Assembly (NCBI GenBank): GCA_900550445.1
Contig: URSF01000001.1
Coordinates: forward strand, 65,720-129,719
DNA from: an uncultured Rhodospirillaceae bacterium
GTDB taxonomy: Bacteria > Pseudomonadota > Alphaproteobacteria > CAAGCB01 > CAG-977
Length of the DNA stretch: 64,000 nucleotides
Direction: 5' to 3'
Shown: one piece after another, positions 28,043-40,372 of the stretch
How the letters are laid out: each line of letters starts with the position of its first letter
Position numbering within the stretch: position 1 is the first letter of the stretch
Notes under the pieces: generated by a model
What the model saw: only the letters and a program-made list of their open reading frames with translations
Told to the model about the DNA's origin: nothing
Databases searched by the model: none
Translations under genes and position numbers: made by a program

Positions 28043-28492
28043 TTATATGCCGGTTGACCCGAATCCGCCGTCGCCGCGCTGCGTCATATTTAGCTTTCCG
28101 ATTTCATGCCATTGAGCCTGAATGACGGGAGCAATCACCATTTGCGCGATTCTCATGCCGCGTTTCAATAAAAACATCGTATCGCCGGCATTATACAGGA
28201 CGACGAAAATTTCACCGCGGTAATCGGCGTCGATGGTGCCCGGAGAATTCAGGACAATAACGCCTTCTTTCCAGGCCAGCCCCGACCGGCTGCGGATTTG
28301 CGCTTCAAACCCGGACGGCAGGGCGATACTGATGCCCGTCGATATTTTTTCACGGCCGCGCGGGGGGATTGTAATCGCCCCGGGAATCGCTGCGTATAAA
28401 TCCATACCGGCGGACTCTTCGGTCGCGTAAGCGGGCAGAGGCAAATCCGCGCCGGTGCCGTAACGAAAAACGGGAATTGTAATCTTTTTCAT
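28043..28492 (-). CDS. dut: dUTP diphosphatase
   Basis: AGMDLYA...[28 protein letters not shown] dUTPase motifs. Likely start MKKITIPV (28492) inside ORF ending 28507. Confidence 0.9.
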   Translation of the reverse strand: MKKITIPVFRYGTGADLPLPAYATEESAGMDLYAAIPGAITIPPRGREKISTGISIALPSGFEAQIRSRSGLAWKEGVIVLNSPGTIDADYRGEIFVVLYNAGDTMFLLKRGMRIAQMVIAPVIQAQWHEIGKLNMTQRGDGGFGSTGI

Positions 28493-28588
28493 CGCAAACC
28501 TTTCCATTTTTGTGGATTTTTAGCATAAAAGGATTTATAAAAGATAAAGAAATTCTTTATAAGTCTTGTTTCCAAAGGATAAAATAGC

Positions 28589-29122
28589 GTGCTGCGCAGT
28601 TTTGTTTTAGGGGTGTTTATTATTTTTTGCGGTGTTTCCCGGGCTTTTGCTTTTGGTTTGACGGCCGATCAGATGTACCGCAATTTACTGACTTCTGAAA
28701 AAAGACAGGTTCAGTCTGCTTCTTTGTCTTCCGGTCCGCTGCTTTCGTTTAAGAAGGCCGATTCAAAGCCGGAGGCGATCTGGCAGGAAAAAAAGGTTTA
28801 TTTTGAAAAGAAAACGCAAAAGCCTGCCGATTTTGATACTGAATACAGCTGGAGCGATATTGTCGTTGCGGTGAAAAAGGGAAATGTTTCACCTTTTGAT
28901 CTGGCTGAAATCCGGCGGTTGTCCGAACATGAAAATGCCGAAGCGATCGAACTGCTGGCCTGGATGTACGCGACGGGCACGGGGTTAAGACAGGATCTGC
29001 AGAAATCGTATGCGTATTATTTGCAGGCGGCGCATATGGGGGTGCCGTCGGCGTACGATAACGTCCGCGCCGTTTATCAGGCGATGAGCCCGGCGCAAAA
29101 GGCTTCTCTGCCGTCATTTTAA
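28589..29122 (+). CDS. Secreted Sel1-like repeat protein
   Basis: Signal peptide. C-terminal AEAIELLAWMYATGTGLRQDLQKSYAYYLQAAHMGVPSA Sel1/TPR-like repeat. Confidence 0.45.
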   Translation: MLRSFVLGVFIIFCGVSRAFAFGLTADQMYRNLLTSEKRQVQSASLSSGPLLSFKKADSKPEAIWQEKKVYFEKKTQKPADFDTEYSWSDIVVAVKKGNVSPFDLAEIRRLSEHENAEAIELLAWMYATGTGLRQDLQKSYAYYLQAAHMGVPSAYDNVRAVYQAMSPAQKASLPSF

Positions 29123-30498
29123 AGAAAAAACAGGCCGGCCAAAAGACAGGCGGTAATCAACAGAATAATCAGCTTTCCGCGCCGGTCGGTCGGCCGGAAC
29201 CGCGCAGCCAGCGTATGCCTGTAGAGTAATTCGGGAATTTTTTCCGGGTTTTCCTGAAAAAAGGGCATTCTTTTATTCTGTATGGCCAGTCGTTCGACGT
29301 GGTGCGGCGACGGGCCGAAAGCCGTTTGAATGTCTGCCATATTGCTTTTCTGTTTAAAAGGCGCCGTTTTTCCTTTGGCCAGAAAATCCGAAAATTCCGT
29401 TTTGCCGTTTTGCCAGATGTCTCCGTCTGTTTTTAATGTCGTCCGGCAAAGCTCTTCGGTCTTTTTCAGGGCAAAAACACAGCAGCGAATGGAGTAAGGA
29501 AAGAAAATGCCGTTGTCGGCAAAATGCTTTAAAAAACAATCCGCTTTTTGGCCGTTTAACAACAAAGCCGCATGTCGGTCCGTTTCTTCGATCAGGCGGA
29601 TCAGCCGCGGGACGGGAAATAACGGCGGCAGAAAACCGGCAGTTATTAAAGCTTTTGCCGCCCGCGGGTAATCTTTGACGCACAAAGCTTCCAAAAATGA
29701 ACTGACGAACAGACGTTCCTGAGGGGACAGCAAAACCGGCAGGCGGGCGCGGGTAACATATAACAGCCCCGTATCGTCGGCGCGGCATGCCGTTAACGAC
29801 GGCGTAACGACAAAACCGTCGCGCAAAATCATTAAAATAACGGATTTGATAAGGCAGGATACGGTTTTTTTCCTGTCCGGCGTCGCCTGTAACGGCCGTA
29901 GAGCCGGCCCCGGCAGTAAAGCCAGCCGGTCTTTACCGGTACGCGGCCAGTCCGGCAGCAGCGTTTTTAGACAGTCGTCTTCGTAAAAATGATCGTTCAG
30001 CCGTTCCAAAGCGGCAGCTTCAAAGCGAAAATCGACTTCTTCGCCCAGAATATGTTCAAAAGTTTCGGCCAGTTGTTTGAAAAAAGGATCACGTCCGGCC
30101 AGCATATAAAACACTTTTAAGATACTGACAAATCTCTTTTGTTCGTCTTGATCCGCCGTGTCGGCAAAGTCAGTCGTCGTATCCGCGGCTCTGGCCAGCA
30201 GATCGGCACGGCCGCGTCCGGCAATATCCGGATACAGCGCGAAAAAAGCCGCCAGCGTCTGCAGGCACGCGCCGGCCTGATCCAAAAAACGTCCGAGACA
30301 TTCTTCCGGCGTCTGCCCCAAAGCTTCCACCGGCGTCCGCGGCGCGCGCAGCAGCAGAAAATCCGCGGGCAGACCGCTTAATACCGTCTGCGACTTAAAA
30401 CGCGCCAGATCGCGGCTGAAACGATAAAGGGTGAGTAAACAAGAAAGCCTGCGCAGCAAAACGGAATCCTCCGCTGAAACAAAAACCGGAGGTATCAT
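29119..30498 (-). CDS. UbiB/ABC1-family kinase-like protein with degenerate catalytic loop and C-terminal TM anchor
   Basis: C-lobe similarity to UbiB: ILRDGFVVTPSLTAC in place of FRDSFFHADMHPGN, CVKDYPRAAKAL vs NRDYRKVAEL, PEKIPELLY vs PELPELVY. C-terminal TM. No KFGQ/AQVH N-lobe motifs. Confidence 0.45.
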   Translation of the reverse strand: MIPPVFVSAEDSVLLRRLSCLLTLYRFSRDLARFKSQTVLSGLPADFLLLRAPRTPVEALGQTPEECLGRFLDQAGACLQTLAAFFALYPDIAGRGRADLLARAADTTTDFADTADQDEQKRFVSILKVFYMLAGRDPFFKQLAETFEHILGEEVDFRFEAAALERLNDHFYEDDCLKTLLPDWPRTGKDRLALLPGPALRPLQATPDRKKTVSCLIKSVILMILRDGFVVTPSLTACRADDTGLLYVTRARLPVLLSPQERLFVSSFLEALCVKDYPRAAKALITAGFLPPLFPVPRLIRLIEETDRHAALLLNGQKADCFLKHFADNGIFFPYSIRCCVFALKKTEELCRTTLKTDGDIWQNGKTEFSDFLAKGKTAPFKQKSNMADIQTAFGPSPHHVERLAIQNKRMPFFQENPEKIPELLYRHTLAARFRPTDRRGKLIILLITACLLAGLFFL

Positions 30499-30567
30499 AA
30501 CGGATATTTCGGGGCGGGAAAGTATTTTTCTAGTGAGAAGCCCGAAAAAATGATGTAAAAGAAAAAT

Positions 30568-30948
30568 ATGAAGAAATTTTTGTTTGCTTTGTTGTTTTTT
30601 GGTTTTTCTTTTTCCGGCGGGGCGGCGGCGGAATCCGTTTTTATGTCAGGATTTGAAGACCTGCCGTTAATGGACGGATTAAAACAGTCCGAAGACGCGG
30701 CGTTGTCTTTTGATTCGCCGGGCGGCCGCATTGTGGAGGCTTATGCCCAAAGCGAGAAGATCGAAAAACAAAAGGTAATGGAGTTTTATGATAAAACATT
30801 GCCGCAGCTGGGCTGGTCGCGTTTAAAGAAAAAAACGCCGGCGTCTTCTTTTTCTTATGCGCGGGAAGGCGAAGAACTGACAATTTCCGTTGACGACGGC
30901 ACGCCCGCAACCGTACGTTTTGAACTGATGACCATGGAAAAGGAATAA
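30568..30948 (+). CDS. Hypothetical small secreted protein
   Basis: Signal peptide MKKFLFALLFFGFSFSGGAAA. No recognisable domain. Confidence 0.4.
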   Translation: MKKFLFALLFFGFSFSGGAAAESVFMSGFEDLPLMDGLKQSEDAALSFDSPGGRIVEAYAQSEKIEKQKVMEFYDKTLPQLGWSRLKKKTPASSFSYAREGEELTISVDDGTPATVRFELMTMEKE

Positions 30949-30951
30949 AAA

Positions 30952-31716
30952 ATGGATTTTGAAACGATTACAGTCGAAAGTAACAACGCCGTCGGGGTAA
31001 TTACGTTAAATCGTCCGGCGTCGATGAATGCGGTCTGCGCGGCGATGCTGTACGAACTGGCGCAGGCGATCAGCGATTTTGACGCCGAAGAATCAATTCG
31101 CGTCATCGTTTTAAAGGGCGAATCCGATTTTTTTGCCGCGGGAACGGACATGTCTGAATTCGCGTCTTCCCAAAACGATGCGTTTGCGCGGGGCGGCGTT
31201 TATTCCCGCGCAGCCGAAACAATCGCGCGGTGCGGCAAACCGATTGTCGCCGGCGCGGCCGGTTATGTGTTCGGCGGCGGACTGGAACTGGTTTTGATGA
31301 GCGATATTGTCATCGCCGCGGATAATGCCAGATTCGGTTTTCCGGAAATCACGCTGGGCGTTTTGCCGCAGATGGGCGGTGCGTCGCTTTTGGCCGGCCG
31401 AGTCGGACGGGCAAAGGCGATGGATATCCTGTTGACGGGGCGCCATATTTCGGCCGAAGAAGCGTTAGCCTGCGGTTTGGTTTCCCGCGTGGTTGACAGC
31501 GCCGATTTGTTAAATGAAGTCGGCGAAACGGCCGAACGGATCGCGTCAATGCCCGCAGCCGGCGTAAAACTGGCCAAACAGGCCGTTTTGCAAGCCTGCG
31601 GCGGTCTGCCGAAAACCCAAGATACGATCGCCAAATTGTCATTGATGTCCGCCGACGCGCAGGAGGGACTGAACGCCCTGAAGGAAAATCGTGCGCCAAA
31701 GTATGTACATAAGTAG
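30952..31716 (+). CDS. Enoyl-CoA hydratase/isomerase (crotonase) family protein
   Basis: LNRPASMNAV, VLKGESDFFAAGTDM and GYVFGGGLELVLMSDIVIAA crotonase-fold motifs. Confidence 0.8.
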   Translation: MDFETITVESNNAVGVITLNRPASMNAVCAAMLYELAQAISDFDAEESIRVIVLKGESDFFAAGTDMSEFASSQNDAFARGGVYSRAAETIARCGKPIVAGAAGYVFGGGLELVLMSDIVIAADNARFGFPEITLGVLPQMGGASLLAGRVGRAKAMDILLTGRHISAEEALACGLVSRVVDSADLLNEVGETAERIASMPAAGVKLAKQAVLQACGGLPKTQDTIAKLSLMSADAQEGLNALKENRAPKYVHK

Positions 31717-31792
31717 TTTATTCCTTGACTTTGGCTTTTATTTGATTGTATAAAACCTACCTTAGTTCTTTTTAAGAAAACAGGAAAAAAAA

Positions 31793-32056
31793 ATGGCTAA
31801 TCATCTTTCGTCAAAACAACGTATTCGTCGCAACGCCCGCCGCGCGGAATTTAACGCGGCCAGAAAATCGCGCGTTCACACGTTTACGAAAAAATTTGAA
31901 GCCGCTTTGGCCGGTGGTGATAAGGCTGCCGCTGCGGAAGCTTTCCGTACGGCCGAATCGGAAATTATGCGCGCCGTTTCCAAAGGTGTTTTGCACAAAA
32001 ATACCGCCGCCCGCAGAGTTTCCCGCTTGTCCGCCCGCGTCAAGGCTTTGGGTTAA
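31793..32056 (+). CDS. rpsT: 30S ribosomal protein S20
   Basis: 87 aa, [17 protein letters not shown]. Classic position upstream of dnaA. Confidence 0.9.
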   Translation: MANHLSSKQRIRRNARRAEFNAARKSRVHTFTKKFEAALAGGDKAAAAEAFRTAESEIMRAVSKGVLHKNTAARRVSRLSARVKALG

Positions 32057-32122
32057 CAAGACTTTAAAAACCTCTGTCCGGTCTGACCGGGTATTGTTTT
32101 GTAAGCTTATGTCGGAATTTAA

Positions 32123-32160
32123 AGCAGACAGTCTGTCGGACGGTCTGCTTTTTATTTTTC
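32123..32160 (+). terminator. Intrinsic terminator after rpsT
   Basis: agcagac...gtctgct stem followed by ttttattttt. Confidence 0.6.
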
Positions 32161-32337
32161 TTTTATTTGACATTTTTTTTGAAATTTGTCTGGGGCTTTG
32201 GGGCCGGCTACTACATCTTGAGTCAAGATTTTTTATTTCTTTTTTATATGCGAACAGGGCTTGCCTTTCGCAGGGCTGCCCCCTATTATTTGGCGGCGGG
32301 ATCGGAATGACGATTCCATAATCTTTAGGATAGACTG

Positions 32338-33717
32338 ATGGATAAGGGAATGCATGACTTGTTGACTTCGCAGGCGGCCGCGGTAGAAGAACGTCTGCGT
32401 AAATCGCTGGGGGCGTCCGTTTTTGACACATGGTTGAAAACGCTGTCTGTCGGCGGTTTTAAGGACGGCATTCTGACTTTGTTTTTGCCGACGAATTTCT
32501 TTTGCAGCTATATCGCCCGGAACTTTTCCGAAGAAATAACGCAGGCGTGGCGTAATGAAAATCCGGCGGTTGATTCCGTTAAATTTGAAGTCGGCAGTCC
32601 CGCGTTTTCCGCGCCGGCCGAAAAAATGCCCGAAGTGACGCAGCCCGCCGCCGCTGCGCCTGCCCCTGCCGTGGCGCCTGAAACCGAAAAGGACGCTTTG
32701 TCCGCCGCGCTGGATCCGCGCTTTACTTTTGATAACTTTGTCGTCGGCGCGCCTAATGAATTTGCCTATGCCGCAGCCAGACGAGTGGCGGAATCCGACG
32801 ACGTATCGTTTAATCCGCTGTATCTGTATTCCAGTGCGGGACTGGGTAAAACGCATTTAATGCATTCGATTGCCTGGTATATCCGCGAACACAACCCGGC
32901 GCGCCGTGTCGTTTATTTGTCGGCGGAAAAATTCATGTATTTGTTTATCCGCGCGATTCGTTACAAGGATACGCTTTCTTTTAAAGAAGAGCTGCGCAAC
33001 GTTGACGTTTTAATGATTGACGACGTGCAGTTTTTGATCGGCAAGGAAAACACTCAGGACGAATTTTTCCATACGTTCAACGCTCTGGTCGGCAGCGGCA
33101 AGCAGATCGTTTTATCGGCGGACAAGCCGCCCGTTAATCTGGAAGGGATTGAGGAACGTTTAAAAACGCGTTTGGGATCCGGTTTGGTGGCGGATATTCA
33201 CCCGACGACGTATGAGCTGCGGCTGGGGATTTTGGAAAGCAAGGCGCAGAATTTGGGGGTTTACGTTCCGCAGGACGTTATTTCCTTTTTGGCGGAAAAA
33301 ATCACGGCCAGCGTGCGCGAACTGGAAGGGGCTCTGTTGCGTGTCGCCGCGCATGTCCAGCTGATGGGCGGCGAAGTGACGCTGGAACGCACATGCGATA
33401 TTCTGCGCGATATTTTAAGCGTTTTGGATCGCCGCGTCACGATTGAGGAAATTCAGCGCAAAGTGGCGGAACGGTATAATATCCGCCTGAGCGAAATGAT
33501 GTCGAAACGCCGGGAACGTTCGGTAGTCCGGCCGCGCCAGATCGCCATGTTCCTGGCAAAGAATCTGACGACGAAATCGCTGCCGGATATTGGGCGGGCT
33601 TTTAACCGCGATCATACGACGGTGCTTCACGGCATTAAAGCGGTTGAAGACCTGCGTGCGGAAGATCCGGCGTTCAGGGAAGAAACCGACGATCTGCGCC
33701 GCATGCTTTCCGTTTAA
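32338..33717 (+). CDS. dnaA: Chromosomal replication initiator DnaA
   Basis: AAA+ GxxGxGKTHL (SSAGLGKTHLMH), sensor motifs, C-terminal HTH (RDHTTVLHG). AGGA 7 nt upstream of ATG. Confidence 0.95.
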   Translation: MDKGMHDLLTSQAAAVEERLRKSLGASVFDTWLKTLSVGGFKDGILTLFLPTNFFCSYIARNFSEEITQAWRNENPAVDSVKFEVGSPAFSAPAEKMPEVTQPAAAAPAPAVAPETEKDALSAALDPRFTFDNFVVGAPNEFAYAAARRVAESDDVSFNPLYLYSSAGLGKTHLMHSIAWYIREHNPARRVVYLSAEKFMYLFIRAIRYKDTLSFKEELRNVDVLMIDDVQFLIGKENTQDEFFHTFNALVGSGKQIVLSADKPPVNLEGIEERLKTRLGSGLVADIHPTTYELRLGILESKAQNLGVYVPQDVISFLAEKITASVRELEGALLRVAAHVQLMGGEVTLERTCDILRDILSVLDRRVTIEEIQRKVAERYNIRLSEMMSKRRERSVVRPRQIAMFLAKNLTTKSLPDIGRAFNRDHTTVLHGIKAVEDLRAEDPAFREETDDLRRMLSV

Positions 33718-33862
33718 AAACGGGCGTTTTCCGCGCTGGCCGAAAATTAGTGCGACTCGGTAAAAATCTTTAGTGTTTCCGATATTTTTTGCTTTGGAAA
33801 AACGGCAGATGTGGTATACTGCATCGAAATAGTTTTTAACCCTTTTTGATGAGTTTGGTTCT

Positions 33863-34978
33863 ATGAAATTTACGATTGAACGCGCTGCTTTATTGAAGTC
33901 TTTGTCCCATGTTCAGAACGTGGTGGAACGCCGCCATACCAATCCTTTGCTGTCAAACGTGAAAATCACGGCGGCAGATGACGGAATTGTGCTGAACGCG
34001 ACGGATAATGAACTGGAAGTCAGTGAAAAAACGCCGGCCAAAGTCGATACGGCCGGGGCGATAACGGCGCCTGCGCACAAATTGTATGAAATTGTGCGTA
34101 AACTGCCTGACGGCGCTGAAATCGAATTTGTTTTAAATGCCGAAAACAATCAGCTGAAAATGACGGCCGGACGCGCCAAGTTTGCTCTGGCGACAATGGC
34201 CGGCGAAGATTTTCCTTCGATTGCCGAAGGGGATATGACGCATCATTTTTCTTTGAAGGCTTCGGATCTGCGCGATTTGATTGACCGGACGTCTTTTGCC
34301 GTTTCAACGGAAGAAACGCGTTTTTATTTGAACGGGATTTATTTGCACGAAGCGACTTCCAAAGAGGAAAAAATCCTGCGCGCCGTTGCGACGGACGGTC
34401 ACCGTCTGGCCTGCGCGGAAGCCGTTTTCCCCGAAGGGGCGGCCGGTATGCCCGGAATTATCATTCCGCGCAAGGCGATCGGTGAATTAAGCAAACTGCT
34501 GGCCGAAGAAGCCGAAGACGTTAAAATTGATTTATCGACGTATAAAATCCGCTTTACGTTTGGCGGTTTGGTGCTGACGTCTTTGCTGATCGAGGGGACG
34601 TATCCCGATTATGAACGCGTTATTCCGACGGAAAACGACAAAGTTATGGAAGTTGACGCGCAGGCTTTGACGGCAGTTGTCGACCGGGTGTCCAGTCTGT
34701 CCGAAAAATCGCGCGCCGTCCGTTTGACGCTGTCAAAGGATCTGGTAAAGGTTTCCGCGGCAAACGCCGAAGAAGGCAGCGCGGAAGACGAACTGGAAGT
34801 CAAATATTCCGCCGATCCGATTGACGTCGGGTTTAACTATGTTTATCTGGAAGACGTGTTGAAACAGATCAAGGGCGGTCTGGTGCGGATTGCTTTTTCG
34901 GATTCGGCTTCTCCGACGATTTTGACGGACATGTCGGATCCCAGTGTTTTATTCGTTTTAATGCCAATGCGGGTGTAA
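33863..34978 (+). CDS. dnaN: DNA polymerase III beta sliding clamp
   Basis: MKFTIERAALLKSLSHVQNVVERR typical DnaN N-terminus. 371 aa. Confidence 0.95.
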   Translation: MKFTIERAALLKSLSHVQNVVERRHTNPLLSNVKITAADDGIVLNATDNELEVSEKTPAKVDTAGAITAPAHKLYEIVRKLPDGAEIEFVLNAENNQLKMTAGRAKFALATMAGEDFPSIAEGDMTHHFSLKASDLRDLIDRTSFAVSTEETRFYLNGIYLHEATSKEEKILRAVATDGHRLACAEAVFPEGAAGMPGIIIPRKAIGELSKLLAEEAEDVKIDLSTYKIRFTFGGLVLTSLLIEGTYPDYERVIPTENDKVMEVDAQALTAVVDRVSSLSEKSRAVRLTLSKDLVKVSAANAEEGSAEDELEVKYSADPIDVGFNYVYLEDVLKQIKGGLVRIAFSDSASPTILTDMSDPSVLFVLMPMRV

Positions 34979-35102
34979 GACAATTTTAACGGCAAATGAA
35001 CTGATGTATGCGCGTTCGCGGGACGCTCTGCCCGCGGCGGCGCAATGCCCGGCGCGGCAGGCCGAAACGTCTGCGGCGGGGGTTTCCGTCAGCCGTTTGC
35101 AA

Positions 35103-36221
35103 ATGGCGCGGTTTCGCAATTATCTTTTTTTGCGGCTGGATCTGCCGCGCGACGCCGGTCAGATTGTTCTGACGGGAAAAAACGGTTGCGGAAAAACAAA
35201 TCTGTTGGAAGCCGTTTCTCTTCTGGCGCCGGGAAAAGGCCTGCGGCAGGCCGGATTTCGGGATATCCTGCCTAAAGACGGGACGACCGGTTCCTGGGGA
35301 ATAGCGGCGGCGCTGCGCAAAGGGGACGAAGAAATAGACGTGGCGACCGATTATGAAAATGTTTCCGGGCGGCGGACGGAAAAACGGCGCGTCCGATTAA
35401 ACGGAGCGGTTATTTCCCAGACGGATCTGGGGCAGGTTTGCTCCGCCGTATGGCTGACTCCCGGCATGGACAGGCTGTTTGCCGGCGATCCGGCAGGGCG
35501 GCGGCGTTTTCTGGATCGTTTGACGCAGACTTTTTTTGAAGGCCATGCTCGCGCCTGCGCCGCTTACGGTCAGGCTCTGCGTCAATGGGGGGCTTTGATC
35601 CGTGAAGGAAAAACGGACGAACGCTGGTTGGCCGCTTTGGAAAAGACAATGGGAAAATACGGCGCAAAAGCTGCTTTGGCGCGCCGTACGGCCGTTTCTT
35701 TGCTGCAGGAAGAACTGGAACGGGAAACGACGGCCTTTCCGCGAGCGCTTTTGTCCTTGCAGGGCGGCGGAGAAGACGAACTGGCGGAAATGCCGGAAGA
35801 CGAAGCAGCCGAATTTATCCGTACGCATTTTTCCCGTTCTCGCGACGTTTATGCGCAAAACGGTTCTGCCGGCGGTGTGCATACGGTTGATCTGGCGGCC
35901 GGACATCGGGAAAAAGATATGCCCGCGGCGGCCTGTTCGACCGGGGAACAAAAAGCTTTGCTGATTTCCGTCCTGTTGGCGCATATTCGGGTTCAGGCAA
36001 AACGCAAAGGGGCTTTGCCGCTGGTGCTGTTTGACGAAGTGACCGCGCATTTGGACGACCGGCGCCGGGACGCTTTGTTTGATGAAATTTCTGCGCTGAA
36101 AACGCAGGCGTGGCTGACGGGAACGACTCCCCGGCCTTTTGAAAGTTTAAAGAAAACGGCGCATTTCGTCGCCGTGGACGAATTGTTGCGGACCGTTCCC
36201 GATTGGGCGGCCGCGTCTTGA
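35103..36221 (+). CDS. recF: DNA replication and repair protein RecF
   Basis: MARFRNYLFL...LTGKNGCGKTNLLEAV Walker A. ORF track starts at 35004; MARF (35103) is the likely start. Confidence 0.9.
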   Translation: MARFRNYLFLRLDLPRDAGQIVLTGKNGCGKTNLLEAVSLLAPGKGLRQAGFRDILPKDGTTGSWGIAAALRKGDEEIDVATDYENVSGRRTEKRRVRLNGAVISQTDLGQVCSAVWLTPGMDRLFAGDPAGRRRFLDRLTQTFFEGHARACAAYGQALRQWGALIREGKTDERWLAALEKTMGKYGAKAALARRTAVSLLQEELERETTAFPRALLSLQGGGEDELAEMPEDEAAEFIRTHFSRSRDVYAQNGSAGGVHTVDLAAGHREKDMPAAACSTGEQKALLISVLLAHIRVQAKRKGALPLVLFDEVTAHLDDRRRDALFDEISALKTQAWLTGTTPRPFESLKKTAHFVAVDELLRTVPDWAAAS

Positions 36222-36224
36222 TAA

Positions 36225-38669
<2,445 letters not shown>

Positions 38670-38746
38670 AAAGGACGGGTTTTTTTATCCGTATTAAAAA
38701 AAACGCTTGCAGTTTTTAAAAAATACGCTATAAAGAACCTTGCCGT

Positions 38747-38822
<76 letters not shown>

Positions 38823-39103
38823 TTAAAAAGCCTTGTTTCCTGCCGGATACAGGGCTTTTTTAATACCTGCTTTTCTGTGTTTGAATTTGCTCTTTTTTGC
38901 GCTTTTTTGCACAAAATTTGCACAAGATTTTTGTTTTGTTCAGAGGATTAAATCGAATTCGTTTTACCATAAAAAAGCCCCCGTTTTCGGAGGCTTCCTA
39001 CATATTTATTTCTGTTTCAAAAACTCATCGGAAAAGTTAAAATCATTCTGCTTTTCGGCCGGAACTGTCTTGCGGGCCGCAATTTTTATTTTTGGAAAAA
39101 GAT

Positions 39104-39616
39104 ATGCTGATTGTTAATATTAACGGGCCGATAAACGCTGGAAAATCAACGATTTGCAGGCTTTTGGCAAAGGATTTGCCGGATTGTCTGTTTATTGAGG
39201 CCGATGATTTGTTAAGCGATGAAGAACAGGAAAGCCTGCATTTGGACTTTATGGGCGGGATTATGGAACGGCTGCGGCGCTTGGAACAAAAAATCGCGGT
39301 TGAAAAAAATGACGGCAGGTATGGCGTTATTCTGTTTGCTTACCCGATGACGGAAAAAAATTACCGCGGTTGGAAAAAGTTTGAAGACGTCCGCACGGTC
39401 TTTGTCAATATAACGTTGTCGCCTTTACTGTCCGTTTGTCTGACCAACCGGGGAAACAGAGAGCTGGACGCATGGGAAAAAAAGCGTATCAAACAAATGT
39501 ACGACGAAGATTACCATTGCCCGAAACAATCGGATTTAATCATTGACAATACATATCAAACGCCGGAACAAACGACCGAAATAATCAGGAATTTTTTGAA
39601 AAAATACGGAATATAA
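39104..39616 (+). CDS. P-loop NTPase, small kinase-like (AAA/zeta-toxin/CPT-like fold)
   Basis: Walker A INGPINAGKSTICRLL. ~170 aa. Low-GC. ORF track start is TTG at 39092; ATG at 39104 is the likely start. Confidence 0.5.
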   Translation: MLIVNINGPINAGKSTICRLLAKDLPDCLFIEADDLLSDEEQESLHLDFMGGIMERLRRLEQKIAVEKNDGRYGVILFAYPMTEKNYRGWKKFEDVRTVFVNITLSPLLSVCLTNRGNRELDAWEKKRIKQMYDEDYHCPKQSDLIIDNTYQTPEQTTEIIRNFLKKYGI

Positions 39617-39629
39617 AAGGACCTGCGCC

Positions 39630-40307
39630 TTATTTCTTTTCAATAAATTCAAAGTGTTGGTAATCTTTAACGTTTATCCAACCACCGCCCCAGATAAAGC
39701 CGTGTTTTGTAAAAACGCGGTAAGCAAGGTCGTTTTGATCAATCTTGTGGTCGAAAGTTTTTGTTCTGTCCGCGTAAACGGTCGCGTTGTCCGGAAAAAC
39801 AATCGTTTTATTCCGCGTCGTTTTAACATAAGGGTTGTACAGCGGATTGATATCTACGGCCAGCCCGAAAGAATGATTGGATAATTTATTCGTGCCGGCG
39901 ATTTTGCGATAATTAAAGCAGGACGTGTTGTTGTCTTTCATCGACTTGCTGTCGTTTCCGCCGTATTCGTCAATCAGTCTGATTTTTTCGATGGGGTAGG
40001 CGTTTTCATACAACTCCTGAAAAACGGCGGCGATTTTCGGCGCTATTTTTTTGTTACAGATTAAATGGCCGTCGCGAATCTGCCCGTTAAAATCGTAATG
40101 CAGAACATGAATATAAGCCAGGTCGTCATAAGAAATTTGCGCTTTTTCTTCTGACTTTGGAAAAGAAATGCCGGTGATTTTTTGTTTGAGGTCTTCATTT
40201 ATCGGGCGGATAAAAAAAGCGTTTTCCGCCGCTTCGGAAACAAAAGGAAAAAATACGCCTGCTGCGATCAGGATAAACAAGATCGGTTGTTTTACGGACA
40301 AAAACAT
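39630..40307 (-). CDS. Secreted M15-family metallopeptidase (VanY/D-Ala-D-Ala carboxypeptidase-like)
   Basis: Signal peptide. Zn-binding motifs SNHSFGLAVDI (SxHxxGxAxD) and DYQHFE (DxxH). Confidence 0.7.
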   Translation of the reverse strand: MFLSVKQPILFILIAAGVFFPFVSEAAENAFFIRPINEDLKQKITGISFPKSEEKAQISYDDLAYIHVLHYDFNGQIRDGHLICNKKIAPKIAAVFQELYENAYPIEKIRLIDEYGGNDSKSMKDNNTSCFNYRKIAGTNKLSNHSFGLAVDINPLYNPYVKTTRNKTIVFPDNATVYADRTKTFDHKIDQNDLAYRVFTKHGFIWGGGWINVKDYQHFEFIEKK

Positions 40308-40372
40308 TTTGCTTTCTTTTTAAAATAAAACACAGGACAAATTACTGCCCTGTGTTTTGTAAAAAATGTAAG

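Noticed and set aside
32057-32337. DnaA boxes / oriC between rpsT and dnaA
   Set aside because: No canonical TTATCCACA/TGTGGATAA 9-mers and no CtrA-type TTAA-N7-TTAAC pairs seen. The alphaproteobacterial origin is usually near hemE, not here.
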